A program made the position numbers and the translations under genes. The notes below the pieces were generated by a model that saw only the letters and a program-made list of their open reading frames with translations, was not told the origin of the DNA and did not search any database. DNA of 64,000 nt from Alphaproteobacteria bacterium (GTDB taxonomy: Bacteria > Pseudomonadota > Alphaproteobacteria > SP197): assembly GCA_965228895.1 (NCBI GenBank), contig OZ245842.1:4256001-4320000 (forward strand). Direction: 5' to 3'. Shown here piece after piece: positions 19,458 to 29,603 of this stretch (within the stretch, counting starts at the first letter, position 1; each line of letters begins with the position of its first letter).

Positions 19458-20117
19458 TCAGGGGCCGGATGTTGTGGTACCGTGTTTGCCCATTGGACAG
19501 TTGCACTCACCGCCGGTGGTCATCACGAGAAGCCGACTCAAGAAGCTCACCATGGCCTCGCTGTCCCACACCGCCGGACCGACGAGACGGCCCAACTCGC
19601 GCCCGCTTGGGCCGATCAGCAACGTCGAAGGAATGCCAAATACGGCGAGATCTTGGGTGGCTCTGCCCGTAGGATCGACGTAGATTGAGAGGGCCCTCAA
19701 GTCCAATTCCTCGTAAAATTCCCTCACCGGAGTCAATCCCCCGCGGTCGATTGATAGGGGTAAGACTTGGAAGTCAGAACTGCCAAGCCTGGCCTGTAGG
19801 CGGTCAAGTGCCGGCATCTCCTCGCGGCATGGAACGCACCAAGTCGCCCAGACATTGAGAAGCACCATCTGTCCGTCGAATGGTTCCAGTGTCATGTCGC
19901 GACCTTCGCCATCCATAAAGGCGAACTGCGGCAGGGGTTTTGGCGTGTCATGCAGCGGAATGGCGAGATCCGTCTCCGGCAGCATGCCTTCACCAAGCGT
20001 ATCCGGTGCTAGCGACTCGATTGTCCCTGCCGTATCGTCCATCGAGATGAAGGTTGCTCCAACGACAAGGGCGGTGAGTGCGGACGCTAAGGTGGCCAAA
20101 ATTACGATGCGGCGCAT
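19458..20117 (-). CDS. TlpA-family thioredoxin
   Basis: LLNVWATWCVPCREEMP. Confidence 0.9.
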   Translation of the reverse strand: MRRIVILATLASALTALVVGATFISMDDTAGTIESLAPDTLGEGMLPETDLAIPLHDTPKPLPQFAFMDGEGRDMTLEPFDGQMVLLNVWATWCVPCREEMPALDRLQARLGSSDFQVLPLSIDRGGLTPVREFYEELDLRALSIYVDPTGRATQDLAVFGIPSTLLIGPSGRELGRLVGPAVWDSEAMVSFLSRLLVMTTGGECNCPMGKHGTTTSGP

Positions 20118-20184
20118 GGCAACGTCCTTTGGAAGATCAAAGGGGCCCGTCCGGCCGTGCGGCCTAACTTCCTGCCTACATCGC

Positions 20185-20755
20185 TCATTGTCGGAGCTCC
20201 TGAAGCAACGGAGCTATCGTGTCCCGATACACGTCTGGAGTGATCGGCCCGATCTGCTTGAAGACAATCCTTCCGTCTTCGTCGACGACAAACGTTTCGG
20301 GTACGCCGTAGACGCCCCAATCGATCGAAACTCGGCCGTTGAGATCGGCGCCGGTCCGCGTATACGGGTCGCCGAGTTCGTCGAGCCACTGGGCAGCATC
20401 CTCGGGACTATCCTTGTAATTAATGCCGTGGATCGGAACGATGCCCTCCTCCCTGAGTCTCATGAAGACCGGATGCTCCAGACGGCAGGACGTGCACCAC
20501 GACGCGAATACGTTGACCAGCGACACTTCTCCCTTGAGATCCGAGCTCGAAAGACCCAGCGTTCGTCCCTCAACAGGTGGTAGGGCGAACTCGGGGACCG
20601 ACTTGCCGATCAGTGCCGAGGGGATTTCCCCTGGATCTCTTGTGAGCCCCACGCCGAGCGCCACAACAAGTGCTATGAACAGGATGACTGGGACAAAGAA
20701 CGCTAATCGCGGCCGGCTCTTTTGCTGGTCGGTTCGTGAAACAGTCGGCGACGGA

Positions 20756-20769
<14 letters not shown>
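20185..20769 (-). CDS. DsbE/CcmG-family protein
   Basis: NVFASWCTSCRLEHP, GVYGVPETF; paralog of 7836-8438. Confidence 0.9.
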
Positions 20770-20944
<175 letters not shown>

Positions 20945-21022
20945 CGAGCTGCCTCCTGTTTATCAACATGTGCAGTGGTGGGCACTGTCTGCCACGCAAT
21001 GCGGTGCCAGCTGCAACTCCGC

Positions 21023-21469
21023 TCATTCGACCGCGTAGACCTGTGGTGCGCCTTCGCCGACCTCATAGATTGTGAAAGGGGCAGTCTTGCTACCTCCCAT
21101 ACCGGGTGATCCCAACGGCATGCCGGGCAGCGTGACCCCGATGATATCGGGGCGCTCGGTGACGAGTTGATTGACGGTGTCCACCGGCACGTGACCACTG
21201 ACGACATAACCGTCGATGAACGCGAGATGGCAGCCCTGAAAATCTTCGGGGATACCAGCCTCTCGGCTCATGGCTACAAGTTCGTGGGTCGGTTCGACGG
21301 TGACGGTGAAACCATTCTCGCGCAGATAGTCGGCATAGTTCTCGCAGCAACCGCACTGAGGATTTTTGTAGAGGGTTACTTCTTCGGCCTGAGCATTTGG
21401 ACTGGCAAGCAAATAACTTCCCCCGGCAATCGCGCCTGCGGCTGCCAGGGCCATGATTATCCTAAGCAT
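21023..21469 (-). CDS. CopG/DUF411 periplasmic metal-binding protein
   Basis: YKNPQCGCC, GCH, GHVP, PGMPLGSPGM. Confidence 0.88.
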   Translation of the reverse strand: MLRIIMALAAAGAIAGGSYLLASPNAQAEEVTLYKNPQCGCCENYADYLRENGFTVTVEPTHELVAMSREAGIPEDFQGCHLAFIDGYVVSGHVPVDTVNQLVTERPDIIGVTLPGMPLGSPGMGGSKTAPFTIYEVGEGAPQVYAVE

Positions 21470-22964
21470 CGTTGTTGTCTCCTTGTGTCGAGGTTGAGGC
21501 GACGCGGATGACACCCATCATCCCGGACGCCAAGTGTTCGAGGATGTGACAGTGGAACATCCAATCACCAACATTGTCGGCTACGAACGCGATTTCGACC
21601 CGCTCGCGCGGCGCCATCAATACCGTGTCCTGCCACTCGCGGTACGGTGTCGACTTGCCGTTGCGGGACAATACGCGGAAGGAGTGGCCGTGCAGATGGA
21701 TCGGATGATGCCATGCGGTCGCATTGGTCATGGCGATGACGTGACTTCGATCTTGTTCGAGGGTGAGCATTGGGTCCATGACGTGGCCTTCGGCGGCCAC
21801 GCCGTTGATGAACCAGATCTTGCCGGAGTGCATCATATCCATCATGGAACCCATGTTCCCCATCATCCCGCTGGAGGAACCGTCGCCCATACTGCCGCCC
21901 ATTTCCTGCATCACCATTCCGCCCATCATGCCACCGTTGAACACGACGTCGTGGCGAACGGCATCGCCCAGGTCCGGTTCCGGTAGAGGATTGGCCGGAA
22001 GCGCTATCGGCCAGTCCGGCGCATGGTCCCTGAGCGGCGCGTCGGCATAGGCGAGATCGACAAGCCGATATTCGAGCCCTTGGTAATACCCGTCGATCAC
22101 CGAGAGATTGCTGCTTGGCTCGCCCGTCATGTCGAGAACTAGATCAACGCGCATGGCCGGACCCAGAACGACCAGACCATCGTTGGGTGTGTGTGGTGCC
22201 ACCGGTTGGCCGTCGAGTGCGATGACGAGCGGTTCGTGGCCCTGGAAGTCAAGGCCGAAGATTCGCGCATTTGCCGCGTTGATGAGACGCAAACGGATTC
22301 GCTCTCCTGTTCGTACTGCAAACGCGTCCGGCACCTGGCCATTGATCGTGACCGTGTTGCCGACCCGACCGTTGTGGCTCATGTCGTGACCATTGCCGAA
22401 GTCATCGCTGATTGCGGCGGACGGCGTGAGCCGCCAATCGTCCAGCACCCAGGTCACGTCACGGTCGACGCGGACCGGTTCGGACTCTTCAATGATGAGA
22501 GGACCATATAGGCCACGTCCAACCTGCTCGAAGCCGCGTAGGTGCGGGTGATACCAGAAGGTTCCGGCGTCAACGGCGTCGAACTCGTAGGTAAATGTTT
22601 CGCCGGGGTGGATCGGCTTTTGCGTTAGGTACGGCACTCCGTCCATGGCGTTCGGCACGCGCAGGCCGTGCCAGTGAACGGTCGTCTCCTCGTCGAGACC
22701 GTTCTCGACAGCTATACGGAGACGATCACCTTGGCGCACGCGGATTTCCGGACCGGGGACGCTGCCGTCGTAACACCAGGCGGCCGTTTGCCCATTCAGT
22801 TCAGGGACAATGCGGACGCGGCCAGGTGCCGCCCGCAGTCCCACCTCGGTTGCAGGCGCTGCGTGGACCGACGATGAATGCGAGAAAGGAAGCATCGCAC
22901 CGGCGGCAGCACTCGATGCAAGAAAAGTGCGACGCGTCAGAATCGACGAATGAAAACTGGACAT
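21462..22964 (-). CDS. Multicopper oxidase (Tat-exported)
   Basis: TRRTFL Tat motif, HWHG, WYHPH, HPIHLHGH, HCHILEH; Met-rich insert. Confidence 0.95.
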   Translation of the reverse strand: MSSFHSSILTRRTFLASSAAAGAMLPFSHSSSVHAAPATEVGLRAAPGRVRIVPELNGQTAAWCYDGSVPGPEIRVRQGDRLRIAVENGLDEETTVHWHGLRVPNAMDGVPYLTQKPIHPGETFTYEFDAVDAGTFWYHPHLRGFEQVGRGLYGPLIIEESEPVRVDRDVTWVLDDWRLTPSAAISDDFGNGHDMSHNGRVGNTVTINGQVPDAFAVRTGERIRLRLINAANARIFGLDFQGHEPLVIALDGQPVAPHTPNDGLVVLGPAMRVDLVLDMTGEPSSNLSVIDGYYQGLEYRLVDLAYADAPLRDHAPDWPIALPANPLPEPDLGDAVRHDVVFNGGMMGGMVMQEMGGSMGDGSSSGMMGNMGSMMDMMHSGKIWFINGVAAEGHVMDPMLTLEQDRSHVIAMTNATAWHHPIHLHGHSFRVLSRNGKSTPYREWQDTVLMAPRERVEIAFVADNVGDWMFHCHILEHLASGMMGVIRVASTSTQGDNNDA

Positions 22965-23105
22965 CGGTGACCCACCCTGTAGGCCGTCTGTCTGGATTGC
23001 AGGATGTCGCCTTGGTCGCATCCCGCGGTACAGTTGCAACACACGTTGTATCTACACCGTGCATCGCAAGCCGACGCCGCTATCCGGATGAAGATCCGGC
23101 CGGCG

Positions 23106-23432
23106 TCAGTTCAGGGTGAGAGATCGAGGAGGATCCGGGTCGGGATGGCCCGCGCGACCCACGTCATTGCGCGGGGCAGTTTCGGCGGTGTGTTGCCCAA
23201 CCAGAGATTGGAGACCTTTGTCAGCATCCACCATCGCCAAGAGAGGCGACACGCAGACGTTATCGCACAATGATGTGGAGTCATCGTCGCTGCCACAACC
23301 ATCACAATCGGCCATGTCCATACCGGCAGCATCTGACACGGCCACACTCGTCGCGTTTGCCGTATTCACTACAGCCCCCGCCACAAACGCAGCGAGAAGT
23401 GCAACAAGTGATATGCGCAAGAAAGTCTTCAC
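23106..23432 (-). CDS. Small exported Cys-containing protein (CopL/DUF2946-like)
   Basis: Signal peptide, CDGC..CDNVC, C-terminal PDPDPPR. Confidence 0.65.
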   Translation of the reverse strand: MKTFLRISLVALLAAFVAGAVVNTANATSVAVSDAAGMDMADCDGCGSDDDSTSLCDNVCVSPLLAMVDADKGLQSLVGQHTAETAPRNDVGRAGHPDPDPPRSLTLN

Positions 23433-23499
23433 AAGCGGACAGATTGGGTATTTTCACGATTTTGTCAAGACTCGCATTGCCGCCGGCGACGAGCTTGCC

Positions 23500-23634
23500 A
23501 CCTCGGCCCACAAGGTCTCGGGCTTGGGCGAAGCGATCGAAATAGCAGTGGCAAGCCTCCTGCATCTCCCACCCAGTCCGTCCGATTTCAACTTGATCGA
23601 AATAACCTTCTCGAAGCTCAAGACACTTCTGTGA
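23500..23634 (+). pseudogene. IS630-family transposase remnant
   Basis: LHLPPSPSDFNLIEITFSKLKTLL resembles LPPYSPDFNPIE.AFSKLK. Confidence 0.7.
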
Positions 23635-23652
23635 ACGGTGGGTGCTCGATGA

Positions 23653-24057
23653 TTAGACTGCCTCTCTAAACAAAGCGTCGATGACCGGGCACTCGGGCAC
23701 CTCTCCGCCGTCGCATTGGGAAGCCATATCTTTCAGGACTCTTTCCAACCTGCGAAGATCAACAATCTTGAGGCGTACTTGATCAACATGATCGAGGGTG
23801 ATCGCCTTCACCTCGGCACATGAGTAGTCTCCGCCATCGACAAGACGAAGCAGGCTGCGCACCTCTTCCAATGTAAATCCTAACTCGCGGCTTCGACGAA
23901 TGAAGGTTAGCCGTTTCAAGTGCTCGGCACCGTATAGCCGGTAACCGCCCTGGGAGCGAGGTGGCGGGGGCAGCAGTTCAATCCGCTCGTAGTAGCGGAT
24001 CGTCTCGATGTTGCAGCCGGTGCGCTTTGAAAGCATTCCAATTTGGATGGGCGCCAT
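23653..24057 (-). CDS. merR: MerR regulator divergent from the mer operon
   Basis: IGMLSKRTGCNIETIRYYER; three Cys. Confidence 0.85.
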   Translation of the reverse strand: MAPIQIGMLSKRTGCNIETIRYYERIELLPPPPRSQGGYRLYGAEHLKRLTFIRRSRELGFTLEEVRSLLRLVDGGDYSCAEVKAITLDHVDQVRLKIVDLRRLERVLKDMASQCDGGEVPECPVIDALFREAV

Positions 24058-24067
24058 GCTTTTTTCC

Positions 24068-24098
24068 TTGAGCCTGTAGTTACTACAGACGCCACTAT
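24068..24098 (+). promoter_or_regulatory. MerR-type promoter of the merT operon
   Basis: TTGAGC-19 bp-CACTAT with CTGTAG-tta-CTACAG dyad. Confidence 0.85.
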
Positions 24099-24131
24099 AT
24101 CAAGCAAGGCGACAAACGGGAGCCTGAGATC

Positions 24132-24527
24132 GTGACCGAAGTTCAGGACGCGGCACCGACCGCGAAGCAACAGCATCAAGCCAGGCCGGCCGTGGTGGCG
24201 GGCGCAAGCGTACTCGGCGCTATTGCGGCCTCGTCATGCTGCATTGTCCCCCTGGTGCTTTTCAGTCTCGGTGTCAGCGGTGCATGGTTGGGCAATCTGA
24301 CCGCTCTTGCACCGTATCAGCCGATCTTTGTCACAGTCACGGTCGGCTCACTCGTTGGCGGGTTCTGGATGGTGTACCGCAAGCCAAAGGTGGCCTGCGC
24401 GGAAGGGGCGCATTGCGCGCGCCCAGTCCCCCGCCGGATTGTAGAGCTCGCGTTGTGGAGTGCAACAGCGCTGGTCATTGTGGCCGTGGCTTTCCCCTTT
24501 GTTGCGCCGGCACTGCTGGGTAATTGA
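24132..24527 (+). CDS. merT: Mercuric transporter MerT
   Basis: AASSCCIVPL, GAWLGNLTALAPYQP, cytoplasmic C-x5-C. Confidence 0.92.
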   Translation: MTEVQDAAPTAKQQHQARPAVVAGASVLGAIAASSCCIVPLVLFSLGVSGAWLGNLTALAPYQPIFVTVTVGSLVGGFWMVYRKPKVACAEGAHCARPVPRRIVELALWSATALVIVAVAFPFVAPALLGN

Positions 24528-24546
24528 ACGAAGGAGAATGTGGACC

Positions 24547-24843
24547 ATGAGACAGCTTCTTGCCGCCATGACTACCGTCATGACACTGGCAGCATCCCAC
24601 GGTGCCTTGGCCGATGAGCAGACTGTCACCCTCACGGTGGACAACATGTCCTGCGTGACTTGTCCTTATATGGTGCAACGAACGTTGGCAGATGTGGATG
24701 GCGTGTCAGACGTTGACGTGTCCTTCGAGGACAAAACCGCTGTCGTGATCTTCGACGATAACAAGACCGATGTGGCCGCATTGACGGCAGCTACCACTGC
24801 CATCGGGTTTCCCTCTCAGCTTGTTGAGGTGGCAACGCCATGA
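24547..24843 (+). CDS. merP: Periplasmic Hg-binding protein MerP
   Basis: Signal peptide, NMSCVTCP, GFPS. Confidence 0.88.
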   Translation: MRQLLAAMTTVMTLAASHGALADEQTVTLTVDNMSCVTCPYMVQRTLADVDGVSDVDVSFEDKTAVVIFDDNKTDVAALTAATTAIGFPSQLVEVATP

Positions 24844-25109
24844 GCCACACGCCGATTTTGGCATTCGCTGCCGCAGCCCTCATAGCCCCACTGCTCATCG
24901 TTTGTTGCCTCGGCCCTACAGTCGCGATTTTGGCTGTTGTCTGGACATCAGGTTGGCTTAGCGGGCTAGATCTCGCCACGACAGCGGCACTGGCTATCCT
25001 GGCCGGAGTTTTTGCCTATGGGCTCCTCTGGTCAAGGAAATTGAAAGCCGGTGGCAATGACGCCAGTCATGCTCTCCGCTCACTACCATTTGACAGAGGT
25101 TCGATGTGA
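24840..25109 (+). CDS. Small membrane protein with TM Cys-Cys pair
   Basis: IVCCLGP; overlaps merP and merF by 4 nt each. Confidence 0.7.
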   Translation: MSHTPILAFAAAALIAPLLIVCCLGPTVAILAVVWTSGWLSGLDLATTAALAILAGVFAYGLLWSRKLKAGGNDASHALRSLPFDRGSM

Positions 25110-25504
25110 CCAACCGTAAACTACTTGGCATCGGCATATCGGGAACCGTGATAGCCGCCATCTGCTGCTTTACGCCCGTTCTCGTCATTCTCGTCGGATT
25201 CGCCGGACTGTCGGCGGTTGTCGGCTGGTTGGACTATGGCCTATTCCCAATTTTGTTCGCTTTTATGGCGTTGGTCGCCTATGCGCTCTATCTGCGCTTT
25301 GGTCGCGTTGGTCGATCGCCAGTGTTGGTGATCGCGGCCGCTGTTGTCATGCTTTCCGCTGTGCTCTTCTGGCTAGAGTTCAAGTACGCACTGGGTGTTT
25401 TCATCGCAACTGGCGTCGGGATTGCCCTTTACGCCTTGTACCTGAGCGTCCGTGCGCGGCGGGGAAACCGTCGGGTGCCTGAAACTAGGGAAACTTTCTC
25501 ATGA
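25106..25504 (+). CDS. merF: MerF-like transporter, internally duplicated
   Basis: GTVIAAICCFTPVLVIL..LSAVVGWLDY followed by a second repeat. Confidence 0.8.
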   Translation: MTNRKLLGIGISGTVIAAICCFTPVLVILVGFAGLSAVVGWLDYGLFPILFAFMALVAYALYLRFGRVGRSPVLVIAAAVVMLSAVLFWLEFKYALGVFIATGVGIALYALYLSVRARRGNRRVPETRETFS

Positions 25505-26931
25505 GCAAAATTTGCTGCCCACCATCGAACAGAGAGGATCGCTTCGATCTTGCTGTCATTGGTGCAGGGTCGGCTGGCTTCTCCGCGGCAATCACGGCCG
25601 CCGATCAGGGCGCGCACGTGGCGCTGATTGGTCACGGAACAATCGGTGGAACCTGCGTCAACGTTGGCTGTGTGCCGTCAAAAACCATGATTCGGGTAGC
25701 GGAAGCACTGCACGGCGCGCACGCGGCTGCTCGGTTCGATGGAATCGTTGCCGAGAGCCGCGTTGTCGATTGGCGAAAACTCGTCGCGCAAAAAGACGAA
25801 CTCGTTGGAACACTCCGGCAGCAGAAATACATTGATCTACTGCCGGCTTACAACAGCATCGCTTATTTGGAAGGTGCGGCGCGGTTCGGGGCGGACGGCA
25901 TTGCTGTCAACGAAACAACTCTGTCGGCAGCGAAGACCATCATCGCGACCGGATCATCGGCAGCCGACCCGAAGATTCCGGGTTTGGACAACATTTCGTA
26001 TCTCACGAGCACAACTGCACTCGAACTAACGAAGTTACCTCGATCCCTTCTGGTAATTGGCGGCGGCTATATTGGCTGTGAGCTTGCGCAGATGTTTGCG
26101 CGCGCCGGTGTAGAGGTCTCACTTGTAACCCGTAGCCGTCTCTTGCCCGAGGCGGAACCAGAGATTTCGGAAGCTCTAACAGAATATTTCAAGGACGAAG
26201 GGATCACGTATCGATCAGGGCTCAGCTATCGCCAGATTGTAGCCACGACAAGTGGTGCCGCCTTGACAATTGACCAGGGCGGCAACGTCGAAACGATAGA
26301 GGCTCAAGCAGTCCTGGTTACGACAGGACGCCGACCAAACACAGTCGGGCTTGGACTTGCGGAAGCTGGGATAATGCTCGGAGAGCATGGTGGTGTACTC
26401 ATCGATGACCGTATGCGCACGACAATTCCGGGTGTGTACGCAGCTGGCGATGTAACCGGACAAGACCAGTTCGTCTACATGGCGGCTTATGGGGCGAAGC
26501 TTGCGGCGCTCAATGCCCTAAACGGCGACAGCCTCAGCTACGACAACAGTGCGATGCCCTGGGTCGTCTTTACCGATCCCCAGGTTGCCGGTGTTGGGCT
26601 CAGCGAGACCGCAGCGCAATCGGCTGGCTATACAACAAAAGTGTCGGTGCTCCCCTTGAACCATGTTCCCCGTGCACTGGCCGCACGAGACACTCGGGGC
26701 CTCATAAAATTGGTTGCGGACACCAAGACTGATCGACTTCTGGGCGCACAGATCCTCGCCCCCGAAGGTGCGGACAGCATTCAGACTGCCGTTCTTGCTA
26801 TCAAACTTGGGATGACGGCCAAACAGCTAGGGGAAACGATCTTTCCCTACCTCACGACCGTCGAAGGCTTGAAGCTTGCCGCTCAGACCTTCGACATGGA
26901 CGTGACCAAATTGTCGTGTTGTGCGGGCTAG
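25501..26931 (+). CDS. merA: Mercuric reductase without NmerA domain
   Basis: GGTCVNVGCVPSK, FPYLT, C-terminal LSCCAG. Confidence 0.96.
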   Translation: MSKICCPPSNREDRFDLAVIGAGSAGFSAAITAADQGAHVALIGHGTIGGTCVNVGCVPSKTMIRVAEALHGAHAAARFDGIVAESRVVDWRKLVAQKDELVGTLRQQKYIDLLPAYNSIAYLEGAARFGADGIAVNETTLSAAKTIIATGSSAADPKIPGLDNISYLTSTTALELTKLPRSLLVIGGGYIGCELAQMFARAGVEVSLVTRSRLLPEAEPEISEALTEYFKDEGITYRSGLSYRQIVATTSGAALTIDQGGNVETIEAQAVLVTTGRRPNTVGLGLAEAGIMLGEHGGVLIDDRMRTTIPGVYAAGDVTGQDQFVYMAAYGAKLAALNALNGDSLSYDNSAMPWVVFTDPQVAGVGLSETAAQSAGYTTKVSVLPLNHVPRALAARDTRGLIKLVADTKTDRLLGAQILAPEGADSIQTAVLAIKLGMTAKQLGETIFPYLTTVEGLKLAAQTFDMDVTKLSCCAG

Positions 26932-26961
26932 GAACCGGAAAAGCGAAAACGGGAGCGCCCC

Positions 26962-27564
26962 ATGTTGAAGAAGTGTGATTTTTACACGGTCGCCGCCCCG
27001 TTTGCGTTGATCGTGGGGTTCTGCTGGGTCTACGTCGCTATGGTCTTCCTGAAAATTCCCGGGTGGCCGGCTATGGTCGGGATGGCCGGCTATTACGCAG
27101 TAGGCGGCCTCGCTTGCCATGAGCGACATGACAATGGGTCAAAGTCGCTCAAGGGGTTGATGCTCGGTGTCGTTGCTAGTTGGGTTGCAGTGTCGGTCTG
27201 GACGTACTTTTTTAAGGGCAATCCTGTCGCCATGGGACTTGCGATGGGGATCATCGTTGTCGCACTTGTCCTGTCGACCAAGCTGCGCTTTTGGGGCGAC
27301 AACCATTTCATTGCGATGCCTCAAGCTTTCCTGGGTGCGACGATCTATTTTGGCTTGTTCAACACCTTCATGATGGCGGAGGGCGCACAGCCCGGATTGC
27401 TGTTTGGGTCATTACGATCGCTGGCGCTCATGGGGCCAGCACAGCCTCATATTGCTGGTGTTCTCGGTGTTCTTTCGGTTCTGGTCGGCGTGCTTTTGGG
27501 TCTGGTTCACCAGAACGTCTCTCTCTATTTCGCAGGGGCGAAACCTTCGTATGACAAGTCATGA
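26962..27564 (+). CDS. DUF1097-like membrane protein
   Basis: PGWPAMVGMAGYYAVGG, multiple TM; follows merA. Confidence 0.7.
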   Translation: MLKKCDFYTVAAPFALIVGFCWVYVAMVFLKIPGWPAMVGMAGYYAVGGLACHERHDNGSKSLKGLMLGVVASWVAVSVWTYFFKGNPVAMGLAMGIIVVALVLSTKLRFWGDNHFIAMPQAFLGATIYFGLFNTFMMAEGAQPGLLFGSLRSLALMGPAQPHIAGVLGVLSVLVGVLLGLVHQNVSLYFAGAKPSYDKS

Positions 27565-27938
27565 ACGATGTGGCTCAAGAGCAACGAGATTGGGTCGGCA
27601 GTCCGTTCAGCCGCATTGTTGCGTGGGGTCTACCAACAGCCGCGTTGGCCGTCGGTACTTTCTTGGACCCATCGGCCAGAACATGGATCTGGGCCGTGGC
27701 TCTTGCCTGGATGGGGATTGCGTGCGTGGCCAATGCAACGCGCTGTGGCCGTCGGCACTGTTACCTTACCGGGCCGTTCTTCCTCGTAATGGCCGTAGCG
27801 GTTCTGCTTCATGGGCTCCAAATTGTGTGGCTTGGACCGCAGGGTTGGCTGTGGCTAGGAGTGGTGTTTGTTGTCGGTGGCTACGGCGTACTTTGGATTT
27901 TGCCGGTGCTTGTCTGGGGCAAGTTTGTACGTCGATAA
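27561..27938 (+). CDS. Uncharacterised 4-TM protein with C-x6-C-x4-C motif
   Basis: GIACVANATRCGRRHCYLTGPFF; ATGA overlap with upstream gene. Confidence 0.75.
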   Translation: MNDVAQEQRDWVGSPFSRIVAWGLPTAALAVGTFLDPSARTWIWAVALAWMGIACVANATRCGRRHCYLTGPFFLVMAVAVLLHGLQIVWLGPQGWLWLGVVFVVGGYGVLWILPVLVWGKFVRR

Positions 27939-28489
27939 GACGGCCATGGCCAACATCCTGATAAATAACCACTAGCGGCACAGGCAGCGGGTCAGTTAGA
28001 GCCCTGCCCCTCCTTCCCGTCTATAGCGCATTGAATGATATCAAGGTTGCAGCTGTGATGTTCAGTGCACCATACTTCGCACTTCTGCGCGAGATCTCGC
28101 GTTGGATATTTGAAATGACAGACTGGACATTCGTATGTTGTGTTTGAGGTCATGTATCTGACAATTAGCTATGAGCGGGTCTTCACATACGGAAGAGGTC
28201 AACAGCACCTCAGATATGATCTTGAGTTGGTCGACCTCCACTATTTTGGAGGACGTGTACTAGATAGTACCACGTCGCCAAGTGTTTCTTTCACAAGGTG
28301 CACGCGACAAATCGCGTGTCACGGGCTTGGCAGACAAAACGCATGCAAGATTGCGGCATCGGTGCTGCACAGAGGAACAGCGGCGCTCTGGTGAAAAGCG
28401 GTACTGAAGACAAAGAGGGTGTCTCTGTTCCAGTCGTAGACCAATATCCACGTCTGCTCGCTCCGTCACCACGACATTCAAAAAAAGAC

Positions 28490-28521
28490 TTTACTCCGTA
28501 TCATAGTACGGAGCCTAGGCT
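28490..28521 (+). promoter_or_regulatory. Canonical mer-type operator/promoter
   Basis: TTTACT-20 bp-TAGGCT with CTCCGTA-tcatag-TACGGAG dyad, resembling Tn21/Tn501 merO. Confidence 0.85.
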
Positions 28522-28538
28522 GTGTCTGTGAGGATGAA

Positions 28539-28991
28539 ATGATGAATGGCGAGACGATCAGTAAAGCTGCCCGGAAAGCCGGTGTTGGTGTGGAAACAAT
28601 CCGCTTTTATGAGCGGAAAGGGCTCATAGAACAGCCTCCAAAACCGAGGTATGGCGGCTACCGGATGTATCCAGTCGAGACGATTGAGCGCATCAAGTTC
28701 ATTCGGGAAGGGCAAGAGCTTGGTTTCTCGCTTCGGGAAATCGACGAATTGCTGTCACTGCGGGCGGACCCGTCGAGTGACTGTGGCGATGTCCGCAAGC
28801 GAGCCCAAAGGAAGCTAGCTGAAGTCAACGACAAGATAACGCAGCTTGAGTGCATCAGGGCAGGGCTGGAACAAGTGATTGCAGCCTGCCCCGGCAAAGG
28901 AGCGCTCAGGGCTTGCTCCATTATGGAGGCACTTGAAGGCTCCGATGGTGCTCACGCGATCACAAACCAAAAAAAGGAACCAGACTTATGA
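28539..28991 (+). CDS. merR: Hg(II)-type MerR regulator (second)
   Basis: AGVGVETIRFYERKGLI, DC...C-x8-C; directly downstream of a merO-like operator. Confidence 0.8.
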   Translation: MMNGETISKAARKAGVGVETIRFYERKGLIEQPPKPRYGGYRMYPVETIERIKFIREGQELGFSLREIDELLSLRADPSSDCGDVRKRAQRKLAEVNDKITQLECIRAGLEQVIAACPGKGALRACSIMEALEGSDGAHAITNQKKEPDL

Positions 28992-29257
28992 CCGAAAAAC
29001 GCAAAATCGAGATCTTTAGTGCAGGCTGTGCGGTCTGTGAGGCAACAATTTCGCGGGTGAGAGAACTTGCCTGCACGTCGTGTGAAGTCGTTGTACTCGA
29101 CATGAGAGACCCTGACGTGACCCGACGGGCCAAGGATTTGGGTATCCGCTCGGTGCCTGCTGTGGCAATTGACGGCAAACTTGCCGATTGCTGTGCAGGC
29201 CGTGGACCGGACGAGGCGAGTTTGCAGGCGGCCGGTCTCGGACAACCCCTTTCGTAA
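28988..29257 (+). CDS. Small Cys-rich thioredoxin-like protein
   Basis: FSAGCAVC, CTSC, SVPAVAIDG, CC. Confidence 0.82.
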   Translation: MTEKRKIEIFSAGCAVCEATISRVRELACTSCEVVVLDMRDPDVTRRAKDLGIRSVPAVAIDGKLADCCAGRGPDEASLQAAGLGQPLS

Positions 29258-29265
29258 GGGATGCC

Positions 29266-29601
29266 ATGAATGATCCGAAAAAACGACCGCAGCTATGGCG
29301 TGTCCTTCTCGCCGTCTGCTTTGTGAGCACCCTCTGGGCAGACACGGGGGCGGCACAGGATGCAAAGCCTGTCTATACGCTGCAAATTGACGGACTAGCC
29401 TGTCCCTTTTGCGCCTATGGCATCGAAAAGCAACTAGGCGCCATTGAAGGCGTCGAAACAGTCGAAACTGATATCAAGTCTGGCACCGTGACAGTCACAA
29501 TGCAGGAGGGGGCTTCCCTAGACGAAGGAGCGGCTAATGGGGCCGTTGAGGCCGCCGGGTTCACGTTGCGTGGTTTTGAACAAGAAGTCGCAACTAACTG
29601 A
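29266..29601 (+). CDS. Exported HMA-domain protein
   Basis: Signal peptide, IDGLACPFC. Confidence 0.85.
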   Translation: MNDPKKRPQLWRVLLAVCFVSTLWADTGAAQDAKPVYTLQIDGLACPFCAYGIEKQLGAIEGVETVETDIKSGTVTVTMQEGASLDEGAANGAVEAAGFTLRGFEQEVATN

Positions 29602-29603
29602 AC

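Noticed and set aside
27960-28480. Short ORFs or ncRNA between the two mer operons
   Set aside because: AT-richer spacer with no convincing ORF or structure
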